Below, piece after piece: positions 20,259 to 28,874 of a stretch of 64,000 nt of DNA. A model generated the notes under the pieces. The model had not been told where the DNA came from and ran no database searches. It worked only from the letters and a program-made list of their open reading frames with translations. This DNA is from Myxococcales bacterium. Lineage in GTDB: Bacteria > Myxococcota > Myxococcia > Myxococcales > UBA5297. The stretch spans positions 6,767 through 70,766 of the forward strand of contig JBMNNX010000003.1 in the NCBI GenBank assembly GCA_050942745.1, in the 5' to 3' direction. Positions within the stretch are counted from its first letter, which is position 1, and every line of letters begins with the position of its first letter. A program made the position numbers and the translations under genes.

Positions 20259-23200
20259 TCACTTGAAGAAGCCTCCGCCGCCCTTCTTGCGCCGCATCTC
20301 GATGAGCCGCAGCTCGGTCGATGCCTCGGCGTTCTTCGGGTTGACGGCGACCGCGGCGCGGAAAAACTTCTCGGCCCTGGCGAGGTCGTTCTCGACCCGA
20401 GCCATGACGCCGAGCGTGTAGTGCGCCCGGTCGCACTCGCGGTCGAGCCGCAGCGCCTGCTCGAGCTTGGCCTTTATCTGCGGCATGTTCGAGCGCTGCG
20501 CGGGGTCGAGGTACATCGCCCAGGCCTGCATGGCGAGGTGGAGCGCCTTGTTGCTCTCGGCGAAGGCCTTGCCGAAGAGCTCGGCGGCGGCGGCGAACTC
20601 CTTCTTCTTGAGATGCAGGTCGGCCTGCTTGAGCGTCACCTCGAGGCTCGAGGCCTTGGGCGCCTGGGACTGAGACGGGGCGGCGAGCCGCATCAGGTAC
20701 ATGCTGCGCTTGGCGTCGTCGTACAGCGTCTCGTACGCCTCGGTCAGCGCGGCGAAGATGTCCTTCACCTTGGGGGTGAGGTTCGCGAGCGCCGACGGCA
20801 GGCGGTCCGGGTGGAAGACCTTCACCTGCGAGAAGTAGGCGGCCTTGACCTGCTCGCCGTTCGCTTCGCGCTGCAGGCCGAGGCGCGTGAACAGGTCCTC
20901 GCGGGCGATGCCGATGTGCCGCGCCTCGATCTTCTTGGCGAGCGCGATCTCTTCGGGGCTCAGGGTCGGCTGCTTGGCGGGCGCCGCAGGCGGCGAGGCT
21001 GCGCTCGGGGCGCTGGAAGGCTTCTCGACGACGCCGCCCTCAACAGCCGCCTGCCGCGGCAGCACGCCGAGGTTGTCGAAAGCGCGACGCAGCAGGCGCT
21101 GGCGCCGGGCGCGCACGTCCTTGGGGTCAGTCACGTCTTCACCATCGCCATAGAAGGGTTCATCCGCGGGCACGGAGAACTCGTCCTCGGGTGACAAAGC
21201 TGCATTCCAGCCGCCCTCGATAGCCGGCGGCGTCTTCGGTCTGCCCCGGTGACTGACGGCCTCGCCCTCTGGCGCCTCCATCCAGTCCTCGCCCGGGCCC
21301 TGCGTCGCAGCCGGCTGGTGCGGCGAAGGGAAGTCGCGCGGGGTCGGGGCCTCGAAGTCCGTCTTCCCTGCCATCGCTTCCAGCACCGAGGCGATTCCGC
21401 CCGGCTCAACCAGCCCGCCGCGCGACGGCTCGAACACCGGCGGCACCTCGAGGATCGGGGCGGGCGCGGGCTGCTCTGGGGTGACCGGCGGCGGCCGCAC
21501 CGGATGAAGAACGGGCGGCGCCACCGCCGGCGCGGACGGGAAGAACGGAATCGGAGGAGGCTCGAACTCCACCGAGTCGTAGTCCAGAGGCTCGTTCGAC
21601 GACCAGGACCGGTCCGCCGCGGGAACGGGCGGGGGGCACGACGGGGGCTGGTCGTCGAAGACCATGTCCATCAAGCTCGGGCCCTCGGGGGCCGCCTCGA
21701 CCGGCGACGGGATCGAAGGAGGAGTGGCGGACCCGACGACCGAGTCCCATGAGCTGACGACCGGGGGCTCGTCGATGAGCGCTGCGCCCCCCAGCTCGAT
21801 CGCCTCTTCCGGCGACAGATCGATCTCTGGGGTCGCCTCCATCTCCACTGGGCGAGGCGGCTCGGCCTCGCCGGCAGGGAGCTGAGCTGCGAGGTCGCGG
21901 GCTTGCTGCAGGCGGGCCTGGCGCTCTGCTTCGGCCGCAAGCCTGGCCGCGAAGAGGCGCTCGTACTCCTGAGGGTCCCAGGCCTCCGTCCGCTCGCCAA
22001 TCTCGCGAGCGGCGTCGAGGAGAGCCTCCTCGGAGCCATGCGCCGGGACCTCCTGCGACAGGTCCAGCTCCAGCTCGATAGGCTCGGACTCGCCCGCGGG
22101 CGCCTCTTCGATCAGATCGTCCTCGCCGAGGGCCGCCGGAGAATCGAGGCCCGAATCGAGCGAGAGCCCCGCGGTGGCGAGCTCCATCTCCTCGGCCGCG
22201 ACCGCGATGCCGGTCAGCTCCACGGACGCAGGTCCCGACGGCAAAGTGCCCGGTCGCTCGATCAGACGTTCATCAGCGAGCTGCTTCTCGAGCTGCTCTG
22301 CGCGCGCGCGCTCCTGCTCGATCTGCGCTCCGAGCGCCGCGAGCTCCGAGACAGCCGTCGCTTCGGCCGCGCCGCTGCGGCAGGCGCGCAGCGAGGCCTC
22401 CTCCGCGTCCTGGATCCTCTGCTCGAGCTCCCGCGCGCCCGCCTCCGCCTCGATCCGGGCGGCCTCGTCCTGATGCTGGGCCTGCCGCAGCGCGGCGAGC
22501 CTCTCTTCGAGCGCTCGGACCCGCTCGCGCTCCTCGCGCAGCCGCGCCTCGGCCTGGGCGCGCGCGCCTTCGATCGCCTGCGCAGATCCCGAAGCGCGAG
22601 CGAGCCGTTCGCGCTCGAGCGCCTCTTGCTCGAGCCGGCGTCGGGCCTCGTCGGCGTTCCGAAGTTGACCCTCGAGATCCCCGCGGACCTTTTCGGAGTG
22701 TGCGCGCGCCGCCTGTTCGGCCTCGCGCCGCGCCTGGGCCTCGACGATCTCGGCGGCGAGCGCGTCGGCGCGCTCGCGCTCCTCGCGCAGCTTCTCCTCG
22801 AGCTCGGCGCGCAGCGCTTCGATGATCGAACGCTGCTCTTGTTCGGCCTGCTCGCGGGCGCGCCGCTCCCTCTCTTCGGCCTCCTTCTCGAGCCGCTCGC
22901 GCAACTCGTCGGCGGCCTTCAGCTTCTCGGCGAGCTCGTCGCGGGCACGCTCGGCCTCGGCCCGCGCCGCCTCTTCGGCCTCGCGGTGGGCCTTGGCCTC
23001 CGCGATTTCGGCGGCGAGCGCCTCGGCGCGCTCGCGCTCCTCGCGCAGCTTCTCCTCGAGCTCCGCGCGCAGCGAATCGGCGCGGTCGCGCCCTTCGCCT
23101 TCGGCCTGCTCGCGGGCGCGCCGCTCCCGCTCCTCGGCCTCCTTCTCGAGCCGCTCGCGCAGCTCGTCGGCGGCCTTCAGCTTCTCGGCGAGCTCGTCGC

Positions 23201-26200
23201 GCGAACGCTCGGCCTCGGCCCGCGCCGCCTCCTCAGCCTCGCGGCGGGCCTTCGCCTCCGCGACCTCGGCGGCGAGCGCCTCGGCGCGCTCGCGCTCCTC
23301 GCGCAGCCTCTCCTCGAGCTCGGCGCGCAGCGAATCGGCGCGGTCGCGCCCTTCGCCTTCGGCCTGCTCGCGGGCGCGCCGCTCCCTCTCTTCGGCCTCC
23401 TTCTCGAGCCGCTCGCGCAGCTCGTCGGCGGCCTTCAGCTTCTCGGCGAGCTCGTCGCGCGAACGCTCGGCCTCGGCCCGCGCCGCCTCTTCCGCCTCGC
23501 GGCGGGCCTTGGCCTCCGCGACCTCGGCGGCGAGCGCATCGGCGCGCGCGCGTTCCTCGAGCAGCCTCTCCTCGAGCTCGGCGCCCAGCGCTTCTGCACT
23601 CTTGCGGCCCTCGTCCTCGGCCTGCTCGCGGGCGCGCCGCTCCCGCTCCTCGGCCTCCTGAGCGAGCCGCTCGCACGCTTCGGTGACTTGCGCGAGCTTC
23701 GCGCCCAGCTCCTCGCGCGCCTTCTCCGCCTCGGCGCGCGCGGCCTCTTCGGATTCCCGCTGCGCCGCGGCCTCGCCGCGCTCCCGGTCGAGCGCCTCGG
23801 CGCGCTCGGCCTGCTCGCGCAGCCGCACCTCGAGCTCCGCTCGGAGGTGATCGGAGCTCTGGCGCGCCTCTTCCTCTGCGCGCTCGCGCGCCTGGCGCTC
23901 CTTCTCCCGCGCCTCGGCCTCGAGCTGGCGCAGCGCCTCCTCGGCCTCGCGAACCTTCGCCTCGAGCTCCTCGCGGGCCCGCGCCGCCTCGGCGCCCGCG
24001 GCGGCGGCGGCGGCGCAGGCCTCGCGCTCCTCGGCGATCTCCGCCTCGAGCGCCTCGACCCACTCGGCCTGCTCGCGGAGCTGCTCTTCCTTCTCGGCGC
24101 GGATCTGCTCGGCGCTCTTGCGCGAGTCCTCTTCGGCCTTCTCGCGCGCCCGCTGCTCCTTCTCGCGCGCCTCCTCGAGCGCCCGCTTGCGCTGCTCGGC
24201 GAGCTCGGCCAGCCGCGCCTCGAGCCCGGCGCAGGCCTCGGCGAGCTTCGCGCGCTCCGACTCTTCGGCCTCGCGCGCGGCGATGGCCTTCTCGAGCGCG
24301 GCGTCGAGCTCTTCGACCCGCGCTCGCTCGCGGGCGATAGCCTCCTGCGCCTCGGCGCGCTGTCGCTCTTCGGCCTCGCGCAGCTCGCGGTCGCGCTGTT
24401 CCTGGCGCTCGTTCGCCGCGCGCGCCGCGTCGGCCTCTTCGCGCCGCAGCGACTCTTCGGCCTCGCGGACCTTTGCCTCGAGCTCCTCGCGCGCCCGCGC
24501 GAGCTCGCCGCGGAGCCGCTCGGCCTCGCTGCGCGCCTGCTCGAGCCCGGTGACGCGAAGCTCGAGAGCGGCAGCGCGCTCCTTCTCCCGCGCGAGCTGC
24601 TCTTCGCCCTCGAGCCGGGCCTTTTCGACGGCCTCGTGGCAAAGCTGCTCGGCGCGCTCGCGCGCCTGCTGCTCGCAAAGCTTCGACTGCTCCTCGAGCC
24701 GAGCCCGCGCTTCGGCAGCGGCGCGCACCCTGGCCTCGAGCTCGGCGCACTCCTTCTCGGCCTCGGCGCGGGCGGCCTCGTCCGCGCTCCACACCGCCTC
24801 GAGCTCGGCGCTGCGCCGCTCGAGCTCGTCGGCGCGGGCGCGCTCCTCGGCGACGAGCTGCTCGGCCGCGGCGGCGATCTCCGCGGCCTCCCTCGCGGCG
24901 CGCTCTTGCGCCTCGCAGAGGACCGCCTGAACAGCCCCGCCCTCGTCGCCGGCCTCCACGCGCTGGGCAGCCGACTGCAGCTCCTGCTCGGCCTCGCGCG
25001 CCAGCTCGAGCGCCGCGTCCCGGTCGGCCTCGGCGCGCCGGCGCGCCTCTTCTGCCCGAGCGCGCTCGGCCTCGGCGCCGGCGAGCTTCCTTTCGAGCTC
25101 GTCGGCGCGCTGGCGCTCCTCCTCGAGCCGCTCGCTTGCGCGCTGCTCGGCCTCGGCGCGGGCCGCTTCGATCAGCGCGCGCGCCTCCTGCTCGGCCTGC
25201 GCGAGCCGCTCCTCGGCGGCCCGCTGCGCCTCCGCGGCGGCCTTCTCGCGAGCCTGACGCGCCTCTTCGAGCGCCCTGTCGGCGCGCGCCTCGGCCTCGC
25301 GGCGCTCCTCCTCGAGCCGCTCGCGCTCGCGCAGCTCCTCGGCCTGACGCGCCTCCTCCTCTTCGAGCCGCGCGCACAGCTCGCCGCGGCGCCGCCGCAG
25401 CTCCTGCTCTTGGGACTGCGCCTGCGACTCGATCTCCCGGGCCAAGGCCTCCGCGGCCTCGCGCGCCTGCTGCTCGAGCTCGCGGGCGCGCCGCTCGGCC
25501 CGCTCGCGGACCTCCTCGGTCGGATCGATCGCTTCGACGCCGCCCAGCGCCATGAGCGCCGCGGCCAGCCAACGCACGCGGGCCGGGTCTACCCCGCGCT
25601 CGATGAGATCCTCGGGGCCGCCGCCCGCGCGCCAGCTCTCGAGCGCCTCGCGCTCGCGCGGCTCGAGCCGCAGCGTCGAGGCGAGCTGCGCGAAGCGGGC
25701 GCCGAGCCGCAAGACCCGCGGGCCGAGCGCGGCGAGCATCGCGGCGACGTAAGCCTGCGCGCCCGGCGACGCGAGCGCCTCGGCGATGCAGCCGTCGGCG
25801 CCGTCCGCGTCGAGCGCCAGCCCCGAGGTCCACCCCGGAGGCTCTTCGGACCGAAACTCGAAGCGCCCGTCGGCAAGGCGCCCCAGCGCGCGCAGGTGCT
25901 CGAAGAGCTGCAGCCGCATCCCCTCGCGCACCCCGTCCTCGTCGAGCGCGCCCATCTCGCAGAGCACCTCGGGCAGCGGCCTGCCGCGCTCGAGCTGCGG
26001 CAGCGCGCGATCGAGGGTCTCGAGATCGATGAGCCCGCTCTGGACGAGCACCTGGCCGAGCGGGCGGAAGCCGACCGCGACGCGCGCGCCCGCCGGCACG
26101 CCCTGGCGCATGAAGAGCCGGCTGGTGCCGCCGCTCCCGTCGATGCGCAGCACGCCCGTCGCGCCGCGCTCTCGGGCGGACAGCAATAGCTCGGCGAGCG

Positions 26201-26249
26201 GGTGCTCGCTCAGCCGTCCGTGGGAAAGTTCAGGGTCGCCGGGGCGCAT
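20259..26249 (-). CDS. giant DUF4388/PATAN - coiled-coil - Pro-rich - J-domain - TPR protein (1996 aa)
   Basis: N-terminus LSEHPLAELLLSARERGATGVLRIDG...LFMRQGVPAGA (PATAN-like). About 1000 aa of E/A/R/L heptad-rich sequence containing 86-aa repeats. Pro-rich segment. J domain with HPD (YFSQVKVFHPDRL...EAYETLYDDAKR). TPR-like C-terminus. Confidence 0.85.
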   Translation of the reverse strand: MRPGDPELSHGRLSEHPLAELLLSARERGATGVLRIDGSGGTSRLFMRQGVPAGARVAVGFRPLGQVLVQSGLIDLETLDRALPQLERGRPLPEVLCEMGALDEDGVREGMRLQLFEHLRALGRLADGRFEFRSEEPPGWTSGLALDADGADGCIAEALASPGAQAYVAAMLAALGPRVLRLGARFAQLASTLRLEPREREALESWRAGGGPEDLIERGVDPARVRWLAAALMALGGVEAIDPTEEVRERAERRARELEQQAREAAEALAREIESQAQSQEQELRRRRGELCARLEEEEARQAEELRERERLEEERREAEARADRALEEARQAREKAAAEAQRAAEERLAQAEQEARALIEAARAEAEQRASERLEEERQRADELERKLAGAEAERARAEEARRRAEADRDAALELAREAEQELQSAAQRVEAGDEGGAVQAVLCEAQERAAREAAEIAAAAEQLVAEERARADELERRSAELEAVWSADEAARAEAEKECAELEARVRAAAEARARLEEQSKLCEQQARERAEQLCHEAVEKARLEGEEQLAREKERAAALELRVTGLEQARSEAERLRGELARAREELEAKVREAEESLRREEADAARAANERQEQRDRELREAEERQRAEAQEAIARERARVEELDAALEKAIAAREAEESERAKLAEACAGLEARLAELAEQRKRALEEAREKEQRAREKAEEDSRKSAEQIRAEKEEQLREQAEWVEALEAEIAEEREACAAAAAAGAEAARAREELEAKVREAEEALRQLEAEAREKERQARERAEEEARQSSDHLRAELEVRLREQAERAEALDRERGEAAAQRESEEAARAEAEKAREELGAKLAQVTEACERLAQEAEERERRAREQAEDEGRKSAEALGAELEERLLEERARADALAAEVAEAKARREAEEAARAEAERSRDELAEKLKAADELRERLEKEAEERERRAREQAEGEGRDRADSLRAELEERLREERERAEALAAEVAEAKARREAEEAARAEAERSRDELAEKLKAADELRERLEKEAEERERRAREQAEGEGRDRADSLRAELEEKLREERERAEALAAEIAEAKAHREAEEAARAEAERARDELAEKLKAADELRERLEKEAEERERRAREQAEQEQRSIIEALRAELEEKLREERERADALAAEIVEAQARREAEQAARAHSEKVRGDLEGQLRNADEARRRLEQEALERERLARASGSAQAIEGARAQAEARLREERERVRALEERLAALRQAQHQDEAARIEAEAGARELEQRIQDAEEASLRACRSGAAEATAVSELAALGAQIEQERARAEQLEKQLADERLIERPGTLPSGPASVELTGIAVAAEEMELATAGLSLDSGLDSPAALGEDDLIEEAPAGESEPIELELDLSQEVPAHGSEEALLDAAREIGERTEAWDPQEYERLFAARLAAEAERQARLQQARDLAAQLPAGEAEPPRPVEMEATPEIDLSPEEAIELGGAALIDEPPVVSSWDSVVGSATPPSIPSPVEAAPEGPSLMDMVFDDQPPSCPPPVPAADRSWSSNEPLDYDSVEFEPPPIPFFPSAPAVAPPVLHPVRPPPVTPEQPAPAPILEVPPVFEPSRGGLVEPGGIASVLEAMAGKTDFEAPTPRDFPSPHQPAATQGPGEDWMEAPEGEAVSHRGRPKTPPAIEGGWNAALSPEDEFSVPADEPFYGDGEDVTDPKDVRARRQRLLRRAFDNLGVLPRQAAVEGGVVEKPSSAPSAASPPAAPAKQPTLSPEEIALAKKIEARHIGIAREDLFTRLGLQREANGEQVKAAYFSQVKVFHPDRLPSALANLTPKVKDIFAALTEAYETLYDDAKRSMYLMRLAAPSQSQAPKASSLEVTLKQADLHLKKKEFAAAAELFGKAFAESNKALHLAMQAWAMYLDPAQRSNMPQIKAKLEQALRLDRECDRAHYTLGVMARVENDLARAEKFFRAAVAVNPKNAEASTELRLIEMRRKKGGGGFFK
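22845..23618 (-). repeat. three near-identical 258-bp (86-aa) tandem repeats inside the coiled-coil gene
   Basis: The GGCCTGCTCGCGGGCGCGCCGCTCC unit recurs at 22845, 23103, 23361 and 23619. The protein unit is RRAREQAEGEGRDRADSLRAELEERLREERERAEALAAEVAEAKARREAEEAARAEAERSRDELAEKLKAADELRERLEKEAEERE. More diverged copies flank it over roughly 22.5-25.4 kb. Confidence 0.85.
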
Positions 26250-26303
26250 GGTCGCTGACGAGATTAGCCGCGGCTCGGACCCACCGCAAAAACGCTGCCT
26301 GGG

Positions 26304-26786
26304 CTACCGGGCGCGAAAAGGCTGTTGTCGAATCGCCTCGTAGGTCGCGATCCCGACCGCGGTGGAGAGGTTGAGGCTGCGCCGCTCGGGCAGCATGGGG
26401 ATGCCGACGGTCTGCTCCGGGAAGGCCTCGACGAAGGAAGCGGGCAGGCCTTCGGGCTCGGAGCCGAACACGAGGTGATCGCCGGGCCGAAACTCGGCCT
26501 CCCACAGCGAGCGCTCGGCGCGGGCGCTGAAGAGGTGGCGCCGGGCCGCGCCGTGCTCGGCGAGGTAGTCGTCGAGCGTCGGGTAGTAGCGCTGGAAGAC
26601 CTTGTCCCAGTAGTCGAGCCCGGCGCGCCGCAGATCCTTCTGGGCGATGGAGAAGCCGAGCGGGCCGACCAGGTGCAGCCGCGCCCCGGTCACCGCGCAC
26701 AGGCGCGCCACGTTGCCGGTATTCGGCGGGATCTGGGGCTCGACGAGCACCAGGTTGAGCGGAGGGTCGATTCTGGGCAGGAACAC
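26304..26786 (-). CDS. trmL: tRNA (cytidine/uridine-2'-O)-methyltransferase, SpoU/TrmL type
   Basis: LNLVLVEPQIPPNTGNVARLCAVTGARLHLVGPLGF...LRRAGLDYW...MLPERRSLNLSTAVGIATYEA matches E. coli TrmL end to end. The start is ambiguous: GTG at 26786 gives 160 aa, ATG at 26849 gives 181 aa. Confidence 0.8.
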   Translation of the reverse strand: MFLPRIDPPLNLVLVEPQIPPNTGNVARLCAVTGARLHLVGPLGFSIAQKDLRRAGLDYWDKVFQRYYPTLDDYLAEHGAARRHLFSARAERSLWEAEFRPGDHLVFGSEPEGLPASFVEAFPEQTVGIPMLPERRSLNLSTAVGIATYEAIRQQPFRAR

Positions 26787-26847
26787 GGCCGCGCGGCGCT
26801 CCTCGGGTTTTCGGTCAGGGCACGGGCGGCCGGTATAATGCGCGGCC

Positions 26848-27201
26848 ATGCCGCTCATCGTCCACAATGTCACCCGCTCCACAGTCCTCGGCGACAAGGT
26901 GGAGGTCGCCTCGTCGAGCCTGGCGCGAGCCAAGGGCCTGCTCGGCCGCCGCGGCCTCGCCGAGGGCGAGGGGCTGCACCTCGTGCCCTGCAACTCGATC
27001 CACATGTTCTTCATGCGCTTTCCGATCGACGTCGCCTTCCTCGATAGCGAAGGGCGGGTCGTGCGAGCGGTGCACACGATCAAGCCCTGGCGCGCCACCC
27101 GGATGTACCTCGACGCCTATTCGGCGCTCGAGTTGCCGGCCGGGACGCTGCAGCGCACCGGCACGCAGGAGGGCGACCAGCTCAAGCTGGATCCGTGCTG
27201 A
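26848..27201 (+). CDS. DUF192 family protein
   Basis: 117 aa. ...ARAKGLLGRRGLAEGEGLHLVPCNSIHMFFMRFPIDVAFLD...ALELPAG is the typical DUF192 (COG1430) pattern. Confidence 0.8.
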   Translation: MPLIVHNVTRSTVLGDKVEVASSSLARAKGLLGRRGLAEGEGLHLVPCNSIHMFFMRFPIDVAFLDSEGRVVRAVHTIKPWRATRMYLDAYSALELPAGTLQRTGTQEGDQLKLDPC

Positions 27202-27300
27202 GCGCGCGGCGCGGGCGGCTTCGCGCACCTGCCTGGCTGGCAAGCGGCCTTTCGGGCAGCGACCTTGAACCGAGTCGGACTTGAGCTAGGATTTCCGGCC

Positions 27301-28098
27301 ATGCGACCTTCAGCCTGCCTCGGGGCGCTGCTCGCGCTCCTTCTCCCGTCGGTGGCCGCCGCCCAGTTCGAAGGGCTCGACCTCACCGAGGATGCTCCCG
27401 AGCAGACGCCCGAGCAGCCGCAAACGGCTCCGGAGGCGCCAACGCCACCTTTGGATATCGACGAGCCCGCGGCCAGCTCCGAGCCGCGGCTGAGCGAGCT
27501 CGACATCACCTCCGAGGACCGGGTCAAGAGCGTGCAGCGGCGCGGCTTTCTCAAGCGCAACCGCTTCGACCTGACGCCCATGGCCTTCGTGCAGCTCAAC
27601 GACGCGTACTACCCCAAGTTCGGCCCCGGAGCGCGCGCCTCCTACCACCCGCACGAGAGCTTCGGCCTGGGCGTGCGCTTCCTTCAATACAACCTGGTCC
27701 CGACCGACAACGTGCGCCTCGCCAAGCGCCAGCTCCAGTCGCGCCTGCCCTCGGTGCTCCCGAAGATGTCGTTCGCGCTCGACCTTATCTGGTCGCCCAT
27801 CTACGGCAAGATCAGCATCTTCAACGCCATCCGGCACTTCGACCTGTTCGTGATCGGCGGCGCCGGGGCGATCTTCACCCAGACCTCCGACGCCGACGGG
27901 CCGCACCTCTCGACGCACATCGGCATCGGTCAGCGCTTCTCCATCAACGACTTCCTGGCCGTCGACGTCTCGATCATCGAGGCCATCTACTCGGACCGCC
28001 CGGGTGGCGCCAACAAAGCGGTCCTGCAGAACGTGCTCACCCTCAACGCCGGGCTCAGCGTGTTCCTGCCCTTCTCCTTCGACTACCAGGAGCCGTGA
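27301..28098 (+). CDS. outer-membrane beta-barrel domain protein, GltB/GltA (NfsA/NfsB)-like paralogue 1
   Basis: Signal peptide MRPSACLGALLALLLPSVAAA. Shares RFDLTP...Y.P.....G...SYH..ES.G.G..F and WSPIYGKISIF...HFDLFVIGGAG with the next gene. Terminal ...FSFDYQEP. Confidence 0.7.
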   Translation: MRPSACLGALLALLLPSVAAAQFEGLDLTEDAPEQTPEQPQTAPEAPTPPLDIDEPAASSEPRLSELDITSEDRVKSVQRRGFLKRNRFDLTPMAFVQLNDAYYPKFGPGARASYHPHESFGLGVRFLQYNLVPTDNVRLAKRQLQSRLPSVLPKMSFALDLIWSPIYGKISIFNAIRHFDLFVIGGAGAIFTQTSDADGPHLSTHIGIGQRFSINDFLAVDVSIIEAIYSDRPGGANKAVLQNVLTLNAGLSVFLPFSFDYQEP

Positions 28099-28127
28099 CC
28101 GTGCGCCGCTCGCCCAAGCTCGAGGCC

Positions 28128-28871
28128 ATGACCCGTCGAAACCTCCCCGCGCTGCTCGCCCTGCTCGCGGCGCTCGCGCTTCCCGGCAGCGCGCTCGGCG
28201 CACAGCCAGCCGCCCAGGAGCCGGAGAACGAAGGCGAGAAGGCCGCACCCATCGATCTCGAGGACAAGATGCCGCCGGTGTCGGGCCGGCTGTTCCTCAA
28301 GGACGGCCGCTTCGAGGTCTCGCCGACCGTCTCGGTCAGCCTCGCGGACCCCTTCTTCCAGAAGCTCAGCGGCGGGTTGAAGCTCAACTACCACATCGTC
28401 GAGTCCATCTCGGTCGGCCTGTTCGCCAACTACTCGCTCAACATGCCCTCGAGCTCGGTCAGCGTCTGCAAGACCGACGGGAGCTGCAAAGGTCCCGAGC
28501 TCAAAGAGCTCACCGACGTGCCGGGCAAGCTGGGCCTGATGGCCGGGTTCGACGTCGCCTGGGCGCCGATTTACGGCAAGTTCAGCGTGCTGGCCGAGAA
28601 GGTGCTGCACTTTGACCTCGCCTTCATCGGCGGGCTGAGCACCATCCAGTACCAGGCGCCCGGCGGCACCAACACCTTCGCCATCGCCTGGCACTTCGGC
28701 GTCGGCCAGCGCTACTACATCACCCCGAGCCTGATGCTGCGCGTGGAGCTGCGCGACTACATCTACAACGCTCAGACCGTCAAGCTCGGCACCTCCTCGA
28801 GCAAGCTGCAGAACCAGATCATGTTCGAGCTCGGCCTCTCCTACTTCGCCGGCTCCGGCCACGAGGAATAA
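28128..28871 (+). CDS. outer-membrane beta-barrel domain protein, GltB/GltA (NfsA/NfsB)-like paralogue 2
   Basis: Clean signal peptide MTRRNLPALLALLAALALPGSALG. An alternative GTG at 28095 overlaps the upstream stop as GTGA. Paralogous motifs RFEVSP..., WAPIYGKFSVL...HFDLAFIGGLS. Confidence 0.7.
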   Translation: MTRRNLPALLALLAALALPGSALGAQPAAQEPENEGEKAAPIDLEDKMPPVSGRLFLKDGRFEVSPTVSVSLADPFFQKLSGGLKLNYHIVESISVGLFANYSLNMPSSSVSVCKTDGSCKGPELKELTDVPGKLGLMAGFDVAWAPIYGKFSVLAEKVLHFDLAFIGGLSTIQYQAPGGTNTFAIAWHFGVGQRYYITPSLMLRVELRDYIYNAQTVKLGTSSSKLQNQIMFELGLSYFAGSGHEE

Positions 28872-28874
28872 CCG

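Noticed and set aside
21903-26189. 1428-aa ORF on the plus strand, antisense to the giant coiled-coil gene. The alternative-frame minus-strand ORF 23233..25833 (866 aa) belongs here too.
   Set aside because: The products are monotonous Leu/Arg/Ala/Gly strings. These are the expected shadow of GAG/GCG/CGC-rich E/A/R codons in 70%-GC DNA. Only the sense frame contains recognisable domains (PATAN, J domain, TPR).
26786-26850. Overlapping divergent start codons of trmL (ATG 26849, minus) and the DUF192 gene (ATG 26848, plus) as a regulatory overlap.
   Set aside because: A downstream GTG (26786) gives a TrmL of canonical length whose N-terminus aligns with E. coli TrmL. The overlap is therefore probably only apparent.
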